Assembly: GCA_034521595.1 (NCBI GenBank)
Contig: JAXHMG010000003.1
Span: 1,888,001-1,952,000, forward strand
Source of the DNA: Gemmatimonadota bacterium
GTDB lineage: Bacteria; Gemmatimonadota; Gemmatimonadetes; Longimicrobiales; Gaopeijiaceae
DNA length: 64,000 nt
Direction: 5' to 3'
The position numbers were made by a program, and so were the translations under genes. Positions within the stretch are counted from its first letter, which is position 1, and each line of letters begins with the position of its first letter. Below the pieces are notes generated by a model. It saw only the letters and a list, made by a program, of their open reading frames with translations, was not told the DNA's origin and did no database searches. This document shows, piece by piece, positions 11,713 through 23,634 of the stretch.

Positions 11713-11919
11713 TCACTTCCCCGCTTTCTCGTACTTCCTCTTGAAGCGGTCGACCCGCCCGGCGGTATCGACCAGGCGCTGCTTGCCGGTGTAGAAAGGG
11801 TGACATACAGCGCAGATCTCCACGTGGATATCCTCCACGGTAGACATCGTCTCGAACTGATTCCCACAGGCACAGATGACCGTCGTGGCCGTGGATTCGG
11901 GGTGGATGCCCTGCTTCAT
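11713..11919 (-). CDS. rpmE: 50S ribosomal protein L31 (Zn-binding type)
   Basis: MKQGIHP...CACG...[26 protein letters not shown]. Confidence 0.97.
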   Translation of the reverse strand: MKQGIHPESTATTVICACGNQFETMSTVEDIHVEICAVCHPFYTGKQRLVDTAGRVDRFKRKYEKAGK

Positions 11920-12022
11920 GTCCTGCTCCAAAACGTCCAGGTGGACCGGGCGAGGGCAAGCGATGCCTCCGCCCGAGCTTCCGGGTCCGATTGCCGACCG
12001 GTCCCGGGATAGACTTGGAAAG

Positions 12023-13591
12023 CTACACACGGCCCCTCCGAGGGTCCAGGGAGCGGACCCTTCCGGCACCCAAGACGCCGGCGAGCGCGGCGAGCACGGA
12101 GAGGGGGCCGACCACGTCACCGAAGCGTGTGAAGAGCGTCACCGTGTCCGTGCTGCGCACGGTCGCGATCGCCACGCCCGTTCCGGGCGGCCCGGACGCG
12201 GCATGGAGGCGTCCGACCGGATCGGTGAAGAAGGTGAAGCCCCCGTTGGCGGCGCGGGCCGCGCCCATCCGTCCTTCGATGGCTCGCATCACGAGGTGGG
12301 ACGGATGTTGGTGGATCGCCGCCCGTCCAGCGCCGTAGAGCGCGTCGAACCATCCGTCGTTCGACACGTTCACGAGCACGTCCGCACCGGCGCGGCGGGC
12401 GTGTCGGGCAGCATCGGCGAAGATCACCTCGAAACAGACGAGCGGCCCCAGGGTGAGCCCTCCGACCTCGAGCACGGACGGTCCCGTGCCGGCGCGCACG
12501 GCCCCCAGAGGAAGCGCTGCCCGAGATCCGCTTCGTGCCCATCCGGGCATCGGGAGCGGGTCGGTTTCGACGAAGGGCACGAGGCGCCGTTTCTCGTACC
12601 GCTGTTCCGCGAGCCCACCCGGCCCGAGGACGAACACGGCGTTGTGCGTGCCGCCGTCGTCGGCGGCGGCGGGCGCCCCGAAGAGGACGGGTGCACCGAT
12701 CCGCCGGGTGCGCCGGCGAAGGTCACGGACCGCGTCGGCCTCACGGGGATCCCCCGCCAGCACCCCCTCGGGCAACACGACGAGGTCCGCCGAGCCCGGA
12801 GCGATGGTGGCGAACGCCTCGTCGAGCTCCATGCCCATCCGCTCCCGCCAAACCTCCGGATCGAGCCGCGCCTCGGCCGGCACGTCCGTGCGGACCACGG
12901 CGATGCGCGCGGCCGGACGGGTGTCGAGCGTCGCCCCTCTCCAGATGCCCCAACCGGCCGGAACGAGCACGGCGAACGCCACGATCAGCCCCCACCGGAG
13001 CACGCCTCTCCGCCCGGCCCGCACCGCCGTGGCGAGAAGCCCGCTCACCGCCGCGAGCCAGAAGGTGACGCCGCGTGCTCCCACGAGCTCGGCGATGCCG
13101 ACGAGCTCCGGAAAGCCCGTCAGCGACGTCCCGAGCCCGAGCCACGGAAACGCCAGGGATCCGGGCAGATGAGCCTGCACCCACTCGGCCGCCGTCCACG
13201 CGACCGCGAGAGAGAGCCAGAGCGGGATCCTCGCACCGTGCACCATGCGGTGGATCGCCCACCCGAACCCGGCCGAGAGGGCGACGAGGATCGCCAGCGC
13301 CGCGGCATAGAGTGGCACGGCCCAGGGCGTCAGGGCCGCGAGGGCGGGGATCAGCCAATGCAGCAGCAGACCGTGGAAGACGAGGCCGAGCACGCCTCCC
13401 CCACGCGCCGCCGCCGCGGCTCCGGAAGGAAATTCGGCGCCGTCTTCCCCTCCCGGCGATCGGGCGACCCACACCGCGAACGGCACGAGCGCCACGAACG
13501 ACGGGAAGACCGTATGGAAGGGCGGGAATGCGCAGACGAGCAGCAGTCCCGAAAAGGTAGGGAGGAGCCATTCCCCCCGGCGCGGCACCAC
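12023..13591 (-). CDS. lnt: Apolipoprotein N-acyltransferase
   Basis: Multi-TM N-terminus; nitrilase triad VLPEG / [11 protein letters not shown] / [12 protein letters not shown]. Confidence 0.92.
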   Translation of the reverse strand: MVPRRGEWLLPTFSGLLLVCAFPPFHTVFPSFVALVPFAVWVARSPGGEDGAEFPSGAAAAARGGGVLGLVFHGLLLHWLIPALAALTPWAVPLYAAALAILVALSAGFGWAIHRMVHGARIPLWLSLAVAWTAAEWVQAHLPGSLAFPWLGLGTSLTGFPELVGIAELVGARGVTFWLAAVSGLLATAVRAGRRGVLRWGLIVAFAVLVPAGWGIWRGATLDTRPAARIAVVRTDVPAEARLDPEVWRERMGMELDEAFATIAPGSADLVVLPEGVLAGDPREADAVRDLRRRTRRIGAPVLFGAPAAADDGGTHNAVFVLGPGGLAEQRYEKRRLVPFVETDPLPMPGWARSGSRAALPLGAVRAGTGPSVLEVGGLTLGPLVCFEVIFADAARHARRAGADVLVNVSNDGWFDALYGAGRAAIHQHPSHLVMRAIEGRMGAARAANGGFTFFTDPVGRLHAASGPPGTGVAIATVRSTDTVTLFTRFGDVVGPLSVLAALAGVLGAGRVRSLDPRRGRV

Positions 13592-13593
13592 CG

Positions 13594-14613
13594 CTACGAC
13601 AGCCGTACCTCCCGACCCGATGCCGCCGCTTCGTAGGCTGCTTCGACCAACCTGATGAGGCCCACCTGCTCGCGGGGAACCGGGATGTCGGATTGGCCCT
13701 GGACGGCGCGCACGAACTCGTCGAGCAATCGGCGATACGCGTTGGTGTACGGGTTCTCACGGCCCGACGGGGTCGGTTGTCGCGGCGTCACCTCGAGCGG
13801 GCGGCCGCCGAGCTGCCTGAACACCTGAAGGGGCGGCAGCTCCCCCGACCCCTCCGTCCCCAGAACCCTCGCGTAGAAGCGATCTTCGTTGGCGAACAGC
13901 CGGTTGCTCACCTCGAGGGTGAGCGCCATGCCGTTCTCGGCCTCGGCCATGAGCGTGGCCGCATCCTCCACCTCGTACTCGCCGTGCGTGAGCACGCACG
14001 ACAGGCGCCGAATCTCCGGAAAGCCGGTGATCCACAAGCACATGTCGAGGGCCGGCACCCCGAGATCGACGAGCGCGCCCCCACCGGCGGACTTCGCGTC
14101 CTGCCTCCAGGTCGGGCGCGGAATCGGCACCGGGCGCGTCATCCAGCTTCCGCGGACCGAGTAGAGCCCCCCCAGCTCCCCACCGGCGACGAAGCTCCGG
14201 AGCGCGGCGACTTCCGGACGGAACCGATGCGGCATTCCCAAAGCCAGGAGCTTCCCCGTCCGCTCCGCGGCCTCGACGATATGTGCGGCGCCTTCGGACG
14301 TGGCGGCGAGCGGCCGCTCGACCAGGACGTGCTTCCCGGCCTCGAGCGCGCGGACGCACATCTCTTCGTGAAGGTGGTTGGGTGTCGTGACCACGACGGC
14401 ATCGAGCTCGGGGTCCTCGACCAGCTCCTCCCAATCGACCACCCGGGGCACGCCGACCCGCTCGGCCAAGGTCGAGGCCTTGTGCGGATCGGCGTCGGCC
14501 AGCGCGATCAGGTCGACGTCCTCGCGCTCCATGAAGATGGGGATGTGGACGACCTGACAGATGGCTCCGATGCCGACGATCCCGAGGCGCACCCTTTCGG
14601 GCCGCTCACTCAT
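13594..14613 (-). CDS. Gfo/Idh/MocA family oxidoreductase
   Basis: GIVGIGAI Rossmann motif, GKHVLVERP, GGGALVDLG. Confidence 0.9.
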   Translation of the reverse strand: MSERPERVRLGIVGIGAICQVVHIPIFMEREDVDLIALADADPHKASTLAERVGVPRVVDWEELVEDPELDAVVVTTPNHLHEEMCVRALEAGKHVLVERPLAATSEGAAHIVEAAERTGKLLALGMPHRFRPEVAALRSFVAGGELGGLYSVRGSWMTRPVPIPRPTWRQDAKSAGGGALVDLGVPALDMCLWITGFPEIRRLSCVLTHGEYEVEDAATLMAEAENGMALTLEVSNRLFANEDRFYARVLGTEGSGELPPLQVFRQLGGRPLEVTPRQPTPSGRENPYTNAYRRLLDEFVRAVQGQSDIPVPREQVGLIRLVEAAYEAAASGREVRLS

Positions 14614-15299
14614 TCTCTCCGCTCCTCACCGGGAACCAGCTGGCCCCAGAGAATCTGTGCGCCCAGCCGAAGCTGGAAATACTGCATGTCTTCGAGCACC
14701 GCGTACCGTCCCTGGCTTTGCAGGCGGAGCCGGTCCGTCAAAGGAAGCTCCCAACCGAGATGGAGGTTGAAGCCCGCGCTCACGGAGTCGAGGAGGTCCT
14801 CGATGAACGTATCCTCGACGGCGGCACCGCTCCCGTCGAGCACGTGCGCCGAGACCCCGAGGCCGGCGTAGGTCAACATGTTGAACGGAATCGCCCAGAC
14901 CACGTGGGCGTCCAGTCCGAGCGCGTAGTCGGTCCATTCGATGGTCCCCAGATCCACCGTCGGCGGCAGCGCTCCCGTTTCCCGCGACACGAGGTTCCCC
15001 ACGCGCGTCTCGAGCGTCGCCACCTCCGAGCGCCGGAACGGGGAGGACCAGTAGGTGAAGCTCGGCACGAGCCGGAGTCCCGGTCCGAGGTAACCGAGGT
15101 CGAGACGCAACCCGTAGGTGGTCGTCCGCTCCACGCGCGTGGGGAAAAGATAACCGACCTCCGCGCCGATCCCCCGAAATTCGAGATTCTCGTAGTCGAG
15201 GTCCGCGAGGTCCTGGCCGGCGCCCACCGCGGGCAGCCCCAACGTCAGGCCGGCGGCGAGGACCGCCGCACCGACCGCCCATGGACGAGCGCCGCGCAT
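14610..15299 (-). CDS. Exported protein, probable outer-membrane beta-barrel
   Basis: Signal peptide (..GAG-Q) and alternating amphipathic beta strands; start/stop overlaps with both neighbours. Confidence 0.6.
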   Translation of the reverse strand: MRGARPWAVGAAVLAAGLTLGLPAVGAGQDLADLDYENLEFRGIGAEVGYLFPTRVERTTTYGLRLDLGYLGPGLRLVPSFTYWSSPFRRSEVATLETRVGNLVSRETGALPPTVDLGTIEWTDYALGLDAHVVWAIPFNMLTYAGLGVSAHVLDGSGAAVEDTFIEDLLDSVSAGFNLHLGWELPLTDRLRLQSQGRYAVLEDMQYFQLRLGAQILWGQLVPGEERRE

Positions 15300-16771
15300 C
15301 AGCCGTCCACCTTCGCGACGAGATCGTAGTCGAGGGCATCCACGATCTCGACATCGACGAAGGAGCCCACGTCCCAGGCACGCTCCGCGCTGTCCGCGCT
15401 CCGGGCGATCTGGGTCACGCCGTCCACGTCGAGCGCCTGCGCTCCCGTTCGGGCCGTCGCCACGAAATCGGGATCATCAGGGGTCACCTCGTCGACGAGG
15501 GCGCGTGTGCGGGTGCCCACGAGGGCCTCGTTGCGGTCGAACGAGATGCCTCTCTGCACCTCCATGAGCGCTTCGAGGCGCTCCTGGATGAGCGACTCGG
15601 AAAGCTGCCCCGGCAGGTCCACCGCACGGGTGCCTTCCTCGACCGAGTACCCGAAAGCCCCGACCCGATCGAACTCCAGCTCCTCGAGAAGGTCGAGCAG
15701 CGCCCGGAAATCGTCGTCGGTCTCGCCGGGAAAGCCCACGATGACCGTGGTGCGGAGCGTCAGGTCGGGTACGGCCTCACGCAACCAGGCCACGCGCTCA
15801 CGGATGGTGGCTCGGCGCTCGGGCCGGCGCATGAGCTCGAGGATGCGGTCGCTGCCATGCTGGATCGGCATGTCGAGGTACGGGAGGATGCGCGGCTCCT
15901 CGGCGAGGAGGGACACCATCTCGCGTGTGATCCCCGACGGATACATGTAGAAGAGCCGGTACCACGGGATGTCGGCGCCGGCCGTCAGGGCGCGCAGAAG
16001 GTCCGGCAGGAGTGGGGCCGACCGATCCTGCCTGCGGAGATCCCGGCCATACCAGGTCGTGTCCTGCGACACGATGTTGATCTCCCTCACCCCCTGGGCG
16101 CCGAGCGCCGCGGCTTCCCGCACCAACTCGCCGAGCGGGTGAGACCGATGGAGGCCGCGCATCAGCGGAATGGCGCAGAACGCACAGGTGTGGTCGCACC
16201 CCTCGCTGATCTTCAGATACGACGTATGCCGGGTCTCCGACGAGAGGACGCGCAGGGGGCGCTCCATGACGGGCACCGCTTCGTTCTCGGGAGGCAGCAG
16301 ACCCCGGTCACGGAGCTGCGGCACCAATTCCGAGAGCTCGGTGAGGCCCATGAACAGGTCGACCTCCGGAATCTCGTCCGCGAGCTCGTCCTGGTAGCGC
16401 TGCACCATGCACCCGACCGCCACGACCGCGTTCAGCCCACCCGCGGCTTTGAGGTCACACGCTTCGAGGATCGTCTCGATGGACTGTTCCTTCGCCTCCT
16501 GGATGAAGCCGCACGTGTTCACGATCACCACGTCGGCCCCGTCCACCTCGGACGTCACCCGGGCGCCGTGGCCGACCAGCGCGGCCATCATCCGCTCCGA
16601 ATCGACCGTGTTCTTGTCGCAGCCGAGCGTCACGAGCGCGATGCGCGGTCCGGTCGAAGGCCCCGAGTCGTCGAACTGGTGCCGGACGGAGGTGACGTCG
16701 TCGGGCACCCCCGGCCGCACGGGCTCGGGGGTTACCGGAAAGACAGGCAGGTCACGGGTTCTGGTCGTCAT
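15299..16771 (-). CDS. rimO: Ribosomal protein S12 methylthiotransferase RimO
   Basis: TLGCDKNTVDSE, NTCGFI, SEGCDHTCAFCAIP, C-terminal TRAM domain. Confidence 0.96.
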   Translation of the reverse strand: MTTRTRDLPVFPVTPEPVRPGVPDDVTSVRHQFDDSGPSTGPRIALVTLGCDKNTVDSERMMAALVGHGARVTSEVDGADVVIVNTCGFIQEAKEQSIETILEACDLKAAGGLNAVVAVGCMVQRYQDELADEIPEVDLFMGLTELSELVPQLRDRGLLPPENEAVPVMERPLRVLSSETRHTSYLKISEGCDHTCAFCAIPLMRGLHRSHPLGELVREAAALGAQGVREINIVSQDTTWYGRDLRRQDRSAPLLPDLLRALTAGADIPWYRLFYMYPSGITREMVSLLAEEPRILPYLDMPIQHGSDRILELMRRPERRATIRERVAWLREAVPDLTLRTTVIVGFPGETDDDFRALLDLLEELEFDRVGAFGYSVEEGTRAVDLPGQLSESLIQERLEALMEVQRGISFDRNEALVGTRTRALVDEVTPDDPDFVATARTGAQALDVDGVTQIARSADSAERAWDVGSFVDVEIVDALDYDLVAKVDG

Positions 16772-17493
16772 CGGGGTCCGGTCACGCTGGAGATGATTTG
16801 CGCGTCTTCGGGAGGCGTGAAGGTAAACCACTCACCGGCCGGGTCCGACTCGAAGTCGATGTTGGCGAGCGTCACGGTGCGCACCGTCCCGTTCTCCTCC
16901 TCCATCCGGATCCGCCGCAGCGCCGGGGTCCCTCGGTCGATCCAGAGCACGGCCGACTCGTATCCGGCGGGCCGACGAGGGACGAGGTGCAGCCGGTGGG
17001 TCGGGTGTCCGTCGACCGTGTCCTCCCCTTCGTATGTGACTTCGTACTTCGTCTCCGGGTCATCGAGGAACTCACGGTGGAAGTCGTGCCCGCCACGCTG
17101 CTCGCTGACCGGCGTGCGCATGACCTGTTTCTCGTCCATGCTGGGGTAGTAGATCCACACCCACTCCCCATCGATCACGATGCGGTCTCCCTCGGGCTCG
17201 GTGAAGCGCATCGCGAACCGGTTCGGCCGCGCCTGGCAGATCCGGCCCGTCCCCGTTCGCTCGTCCCCGAGCAACGGGACCACCAGATCCTGCGTGAAGT
17301 CGGCGCACAGGGCCTCGACGCCCCGATACCGCTCGGCCGCCTCGCGGATGATCTCGATGCCACGGTCGCTCGACTGAGCGTGGAGCGGCACGGCCCCCAA
17401 AGCCGTCACGAGCACGGCGAGCCCGAGCGCCAAGGGTCCGCGGACCCGGACGGCCAGAGCCTCGACCATTCCACGGACGGCACGCCGGCTCAC
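16768..17493 (-). CDS. lolA: Outer-membrane lipoprotein carrier protein LolA
   Basis: 3' part of ORF 16768-18381; signal peptide, ADFTQ, RPNRFAMRF..P.GDRIVIDGEWVWIY, FTFTPP; GTG start overlaps the ftsK stop; classic ftsK-lolA order. Confidence 0.85.
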   Translation of the reverse strand: MSRRAVRGMVEALAVRVRGPLALGLAVLVTALGAVPLHAQSSDRGIEIIREAAERYRGVEALCADFTQDLVVPLLGDERTGTGRICQARPNRFAMRFTEPEGDRIVIDGEWVWIYYPSMDEKQVMRTPVSEQRGGHDFHREFLDDPETKYEVTYEGEDTVDGHPTHRLHLVPRRPAGYESAVLWIDRGTPALRRIRMEEENGTVRTVTLANIDFESDPAGEWFTFTPPEDAQIISSVTGPR

Positions 17494-19850
17494 GAGGCCG
17501 CGCCCGGGCCGCAGATCGTGTCCAGCTCGTCCAGGCTCACCAGGATCTCGCGCCCCTTCGACCCGTCGGAGGGGCCGAGCACGCCCGCGTCGTGGAGTTG
17601 ATCGACGATGCGCGCCGCCCGACCGTATCCGATGCTCAACCGACGCTGCAACAGCGAGGTCGAGCCGTTCCCGTTCTGGATGCACACCTCGGCCGCGGCA
17701 CGGAAGAGCTCGTCCCAATCTCCCGCGATCTCCTCCGCCTGGGACGCCGCTTCGTCGAGCTCCTGACTCCGCAGCTCGTCCAGAATATCCGGCTCCGGCC
17801 CCGGCGTCACGTCGGCCGCTGCCGAGCCGGTCTGCTCCAGCAGCTCGATGTACCATCCCATCAAGCGCTCCGTGTCCTCCGTGGGAAGGAACGCCCCCTG
17901 GATGCGCACCGGATCGCTTCGGCCGGGCGGCAAGAAGAGCATGTCGCCATTGCCGAGCAGCGCGTCGGCGCCGTTCTGGTCCAGAATCGTGCGCGAGTCC
18001 GTCTTCGAGGCCACCCGGAAGGCGACACGGGTCGGGAAGTTCGCTTTGATGAGCCCGGTGATCACGTTCACCGACGGTCGCTGCGTGGCCACGATCAGGT
18101 GGATCCCGATGGCACGCGCCTTCTGCGCGAGCTGCGTGAGCGGCTTCTCGATGTCGCTCTGCACGGTCATCATCAGGTCGGCGAGCTCGTCGACGACCAC
18201 CACGATGAACGGCATGACGCCCTCTTGGTAGATCCACCGGTCTTCGTCTCCCTCGGGGCCCCGCGGCTCCGTGCGCTTGAGGACCGCGCCTTCCCGTACC
18301 TTGCGGTTGAACTCCGCGATCGAGCGGACGTGGTTCACCTTCAGAAGCTCGTACCGACGCTCCATCTCGATCACGGCCCATTTGAGTACACCGGCGGCGT
18401 CCCGGGGGTCGGTCACGACGTTGTGGCGCAGATGGGGTAGGCGCGAATAGACCGAGAGCTCGACCATCTTCGGGTCGATCATGAGCAGGCGGAGCGTCTC
18501 GGGCGTGTGCCGGTAGACGAGGCTGGTCACGATCGTGTTGATGCAGACCGACTTACCCGACCCGGTCGCACCGGCGATCAGGAGGTGCGGCATCTTCTCG
18601 AGCGTGGTCACGTACGGCTCGCCGCTCAGGTCCTTGCCGAGCGCCAGCGGCAGGTCACCCTTCGCGCTCCGAAACGCCGGCGACTCGAGGATCTCCCGGA
18701 GGTTCACGATCTCCTTCTCCGGGTTGGGGATCTCCACCCCCACCGCACCCTTGCCGGGAATCGGCGCCACGATGCGGATGGCGTGGGCCTTCATCGCGAG
18801 GGCCAGATCCGCTTCCAGATTGGAGATACGGTTTACCTTCACCCCGGCCGCGGGAACCACCTCGAACTGCGTCACCACGGGCCCGGTCGTGCGCTCTCCG
18901 AGCTCGCTGTCGATGTTGAAGGTGCGGAGCTTCTCGACCAGGACTCGGCCGAGCTCGTCCAGGCCGCGCTCCATCTTGGCCCGATCCACGCGCTCGGGCG
19001 CGCTGAGAAGGTCGACGGGAGGAACGTCATGGTCCGAACCGTCCGGCGCGTTCGGGTCGGGGAAGGGATCGACGTCCACCACCTCGGGCTCGGACTCCGA
19101 GTCTTCGGCGGCCGCCCCGCCCCCGTCGTTCTCGGGGGCGAACGGGTCGTCGTGGACGGGCTCCACCCCCCCCGTGGTGGCCGTGTCGTCGACCCCGAGC
19201 CACTCCGGCTCCATGCCGGGCACAGGGGCCGGCTCCTCACGATCCGAGGGAGCTTGGTCCGGCTCTTCGACCACGGCCCGCGAGCGAGCCTCGAACAGGC
19301 TTCCCGCCTTGGCCGCCAGGGCCCCTACCCAACGTCCGAGCGCGCTGCTCCCGGTGATCACACCACGTCCGAACGACCGCAGGGGATTCCATCCCAGCGT
19401 GCCGACCGACAACGCCACCAAGACGACACCGCTCACGAGCACCGCACCGAGCCAGCCCAGCCAGTCGATCAGGGGCTCTCCGAGCGCGCGCCCCAGCCAC
19501 CCCGAGGGCGCGGTCATCGCCGTGAAGATCCAGACCGCGGTGGGCACGATGACCAACAGGCCACCGGCGAGAACCGCGGAACGGAGGGCGGAGGCCGGCG
19601 CGATCCAGCCACCCGTCGAGAGTCCGGCCAGGGCGACCAGGACCGGCACGACGAACGCCGCCACCCCGAAAAACGCCGTCAGGAGGCCCTGGAGCGTCCC
19701 TCCCACGATCCCCATGACGTTGCCGGACGGGAACCACTCGGCCCCTCGGGCACCGAAGACGCTCGGGGGCAGGAGCGACAGGAGGACGAAGAGCCCCAAG
19801 GCGAGCAGGGCCACCGCCACGATCTCGCGTCGCTGTTCCGCGTTCAGCAT
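17490..19850 (-). CDS. ftsK: DNA translocase FtsK
   Basis: N-terminal TMs, PHLLIAGATGSGKS, IDPKMVEL, ATQRPSV, gamma domain STSLLQRRLSIGYGRAARI. Confidence 0.97.
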   Translation of the reverse strand: MLNAEQRREIVAVALLALGLFVLLSLLPPSVFGARGAEWFPSGNVMGIVGGTLQGLLTAFFGVAAFVVPVLVALAGLSTGGWIAPASALRSAVLAGGLLVIVPTAVWIFTAMTAPSGWLGRALGEPLIDWLGWLGAVLVSGVVLVALSVGTLGWNPLRSFGRGVITGSSALGRWVGALAAKAGSLFEARSRAVVEEPDQAPSDREEPAPVPGMEPEWLGVDDTATTGGVEPVHDDPFAPENDGGGAAAEDSESEPEVVDVDPFPDPNAPDGSDHDVPPVDLLSAPERVDRAKMERGLDELGRVLVEKLRTFNIDSELGERTTGPVVTQFEVVPAAGVKVNRISNLEADLALAMKAHAIRIVAPIPGKGAVGVEIPNPEKEIVNLREILESPAFRSAKGDLPLALGKDLSGEPYVTTLEKMPHLLIAGATGSGKSVCINTIVTSLVYRHTPETLRLLMIDPKMVELSVYSRLPHLRHNVVTDPRDAAGVLKWAVIEMERRYELLKVNHVRSIAEFNRKVREGAVLKRTEPRGPEGDEDRWIYQEGVMPFIVVVVDELADLMMTVQSDIEKPLTQLAQKARAIGIHLIVATQRPSVNVITGLIKANFPTRVAFRVASKTDSRTILDQNGADALLGNGDMLFLPPGRSDPVRIQGAFLPTEDTERLMGWYIELLEQTGSAAADVTPGPEPDILDELRSQELDEAASQAEEIAGDWDELFRAAAEVCIQNGNGSTSLLQRRLSIGYGRAARIVDQLHDAGVLGPSDGSKGREILVSLDELDTICGPGAAS

Positions 19851-19868
19851 GTCGTGCGCCCCGAAGCG

Positions 19869-20603
19869 TCAGGACCTGGGTAGGGTGATCGCCTTATCTT
19901 GCATCTCCGGCACGATCGCGTGCCGGTCCACTTCCGCACAGAGGTCGAGGTCGTCGCCCAGCCCGATCTCGACCAGCGCGCGTCCGGCCGTCGTCTCGGA
20001 GAGGAACGCCCGGCTCGGCTGCAAGGAGCCTGCCAGGGCCCGTGAAGCCCGCGAGGCATCGTTCAACTCGGGTGTCTCGCTTCGGCTCGCGACGATGCGC
20101 TCGATCAGGTGGCCCGCGCAGAGAGCGTCCTCGAGCGAGAACTGATCCTCCCGGCCGGCACAGAGGATCGCGAGGGACGTCGCGTCGGACAGCATATCCG
20201 TGACCGCACCCAGGTTCGTGAACGCACACGCCAACACGCGCTCGCCCTCGGCCCCGGCGACGAGCGCCCTGGTTCCGTTCGTGGTGCTCATCACCAGACG
20301 CTTCCCGGAGACCGCGTCCTTCGTGTACTCCCCCGGGGAGTTGCCGAGATCGAACCCCTCGACCTTGGCGCCTTTGCGCTCCCCGCAGAGAAGGGTATCC
20401 TCCCGACCCAGCGACGAAGCGAGCTTCACCGCCTCTTCGGTCGAGCCCGTCGGGTAGATGCTGCCCGCCCCCTGGGCGAGCGCCTCCGTCATGGTGGTCG
20501 TCGCCCGGACCACGTCGATCACGACCACGATCGACGTCGCCAAAGCCGGCGGATCGACCTCTTCGACCGTGAAGTAGGTGTCGATCTTCATGCCTCGCGC
20601 CAT
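19869..20603 (-). CDS. comB: 2-phosphosulfolactate phosphatase family protein
   Basis: VIDVVRATTT, GER..FDLGNSP, TTNGT, SLEDALCAG. Confidence 0.9.
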   Translation of the reverse strand: MARGMKIDTYFTVEEVDPPALATSIVVVIDVVRATTTMTEALAQGAGSIYPTGSTEEAVKLASSLGREDTLLCGERKGAKVEGFDLGNSPGEYTKDAVSGKRLVMSTTNGTRALVAGAEGERVLACAFTNLGAVTDMLSDATSLAILCAGREDQFSLEDALCAGHLIERIVASRSETPELNDASRASRALAGSLQPSRAFLSETTAGRALVEIGLGDDLDLCAEVDRHAIVPEMQDKAITLPRS

Positions 20604-20623
20604 TGTTCGGACAAGCTGCTAGC

Positions 20624-21982
<1,359 letters not shown>

Positions 21983-22091
21983 GCGTATCCCTCCGTGAAC
22001 GCGGCACGTTCGAGCCACACGGACTCGCACGTACCTCGACTCCCCCGGCCGGGGGAGAATGATGCGGGCTTCCGGGCCGACGCCGAGCGCG

Positions 22092-22588
<497 letters not shown>

Positions 22589-22592
<4 letters not shown>

Positions 22593-23155
22593 GCGTTCAC
22601 CCTGGACAGATATTTGTCTTCGGTTCGGTCGATCCTGAGCCGCTCTCCCTCTTCGACGAAGAGCGGCACCTGGATCACCGCACCGGTCTCGAGGGTCGCA
22701 GGCTTCGTGCCACCCTGGGCCGTGTCTCCCTTCAGCCCCGGATCCGTCTGAGTCACCTCGAGCTCGACGAACTGCGGCAACTCCACGGCGATCACCTTGT
22801 CGTCGTGGACGAGCCCTTCACACTCCATGTTCTCTTTCAGGTACTTGAGCTGGTCTTCACCCAGAAGCTCACCGGAAATCGGAATCATCTCGAAGGTGTT
22901 CTGATCCATGAAGTGGTAGAGAAGCCCATCGGTGTAGCTGTAGGTCACGGGCCGGCGCTCGAGACGCACGTCCGTCACCTTCTCACCGGACCGGTACGTC
23001 TTCTCGACGACCTGGCCAGTCAGAACGTTCTTCAGCTTGGTGCGCACGAAGGCACCGCCCTTTCCGGGCTTCACGTGCTGAAAATAGGTGATGGTCCAAA
23101 GCTCGCCATCGATTTCGATGACCATCCCGTTACGGAAATCCGCGGTGCTCGCCAT
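22589..23155 (-). CDS. efp: Elongation factor P
   Basis: [30 protein letters not shown]. Confidence 0.97.
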
Positions 23156-23199
23156 GCGGCCTCGTGTCGAAGGTCGTGTTCGGGGTTCACACGGCGGCG

Positions 23200-23634
23200 T
23201 CAGCCGCCGAGCCGGGTCACCAAGCCCCGGAGCCCTAGAAGATAGCTCTCGACACCGAACCCATAAACCACACCGGTCGCTACCTCCGAAAGGTAGGAAT
23301 GGCGTCGGAAGGATTCGCGGGCGGCCGTGTTCGACAGGTGGACCTCGACGAACGGGCGGTCGACCCCGGTGAGCGCGTCCCGTAGGGCGACGGATGTGTG
23401 CGTGTACCCACCGGCGTTCACGAGGAAGCCCGAGACTCGGGGGGCGGCCTCTTCGATGAAGTCGAGGAGCGCCCCCTCGTGGTTGGACTGGAACGTCTCC
23501 ACCTCGACCCCCAGCTCCGCCCCGAGCGCCTCGATCGCATCGTCGACATCGGCGAGGGTTCGCGTCCCGTACACCTCGGGCTCCCGCTTGCCCAAGAGCC
23601 GGAGGTTCGGCCCGTGGACGACGGCGATCTTCAC
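23200..23634 (-). CDS. aroQ: Type II 3-dehydroquinate dehydratase
   Basis: HGPNLRLLGKREPEVYG, QSNHEG, HTSVALRDA, EVHLSN; GTG start overlaps the upstream stop. Confidence 0.96.
   Translation of the reverse strand: MKIAVVHGPNLRLLGKREPEVYGTRTLADVDDAIEALGAELGVEVETFQSNHEGALLDFIEEAAPRVSGFLVNAGGYTHTSVALRDALTGVDRPFVEVHLSNTAARESFRRHSYLSEVATGVVYGFGVESYLLGLRGLVTRLGG

Noticed and set aside
16768-18381. Apparent 537-aa ORF overlapping ftsK
   Set aside because: Only the 3' part (16768-17493) is LolA; the rest is an out-of-frame extension over ftsK. The same applies to the extended ORFs for aroQ, tsaB, tsaE, bamD and the polyprenyl synthase.
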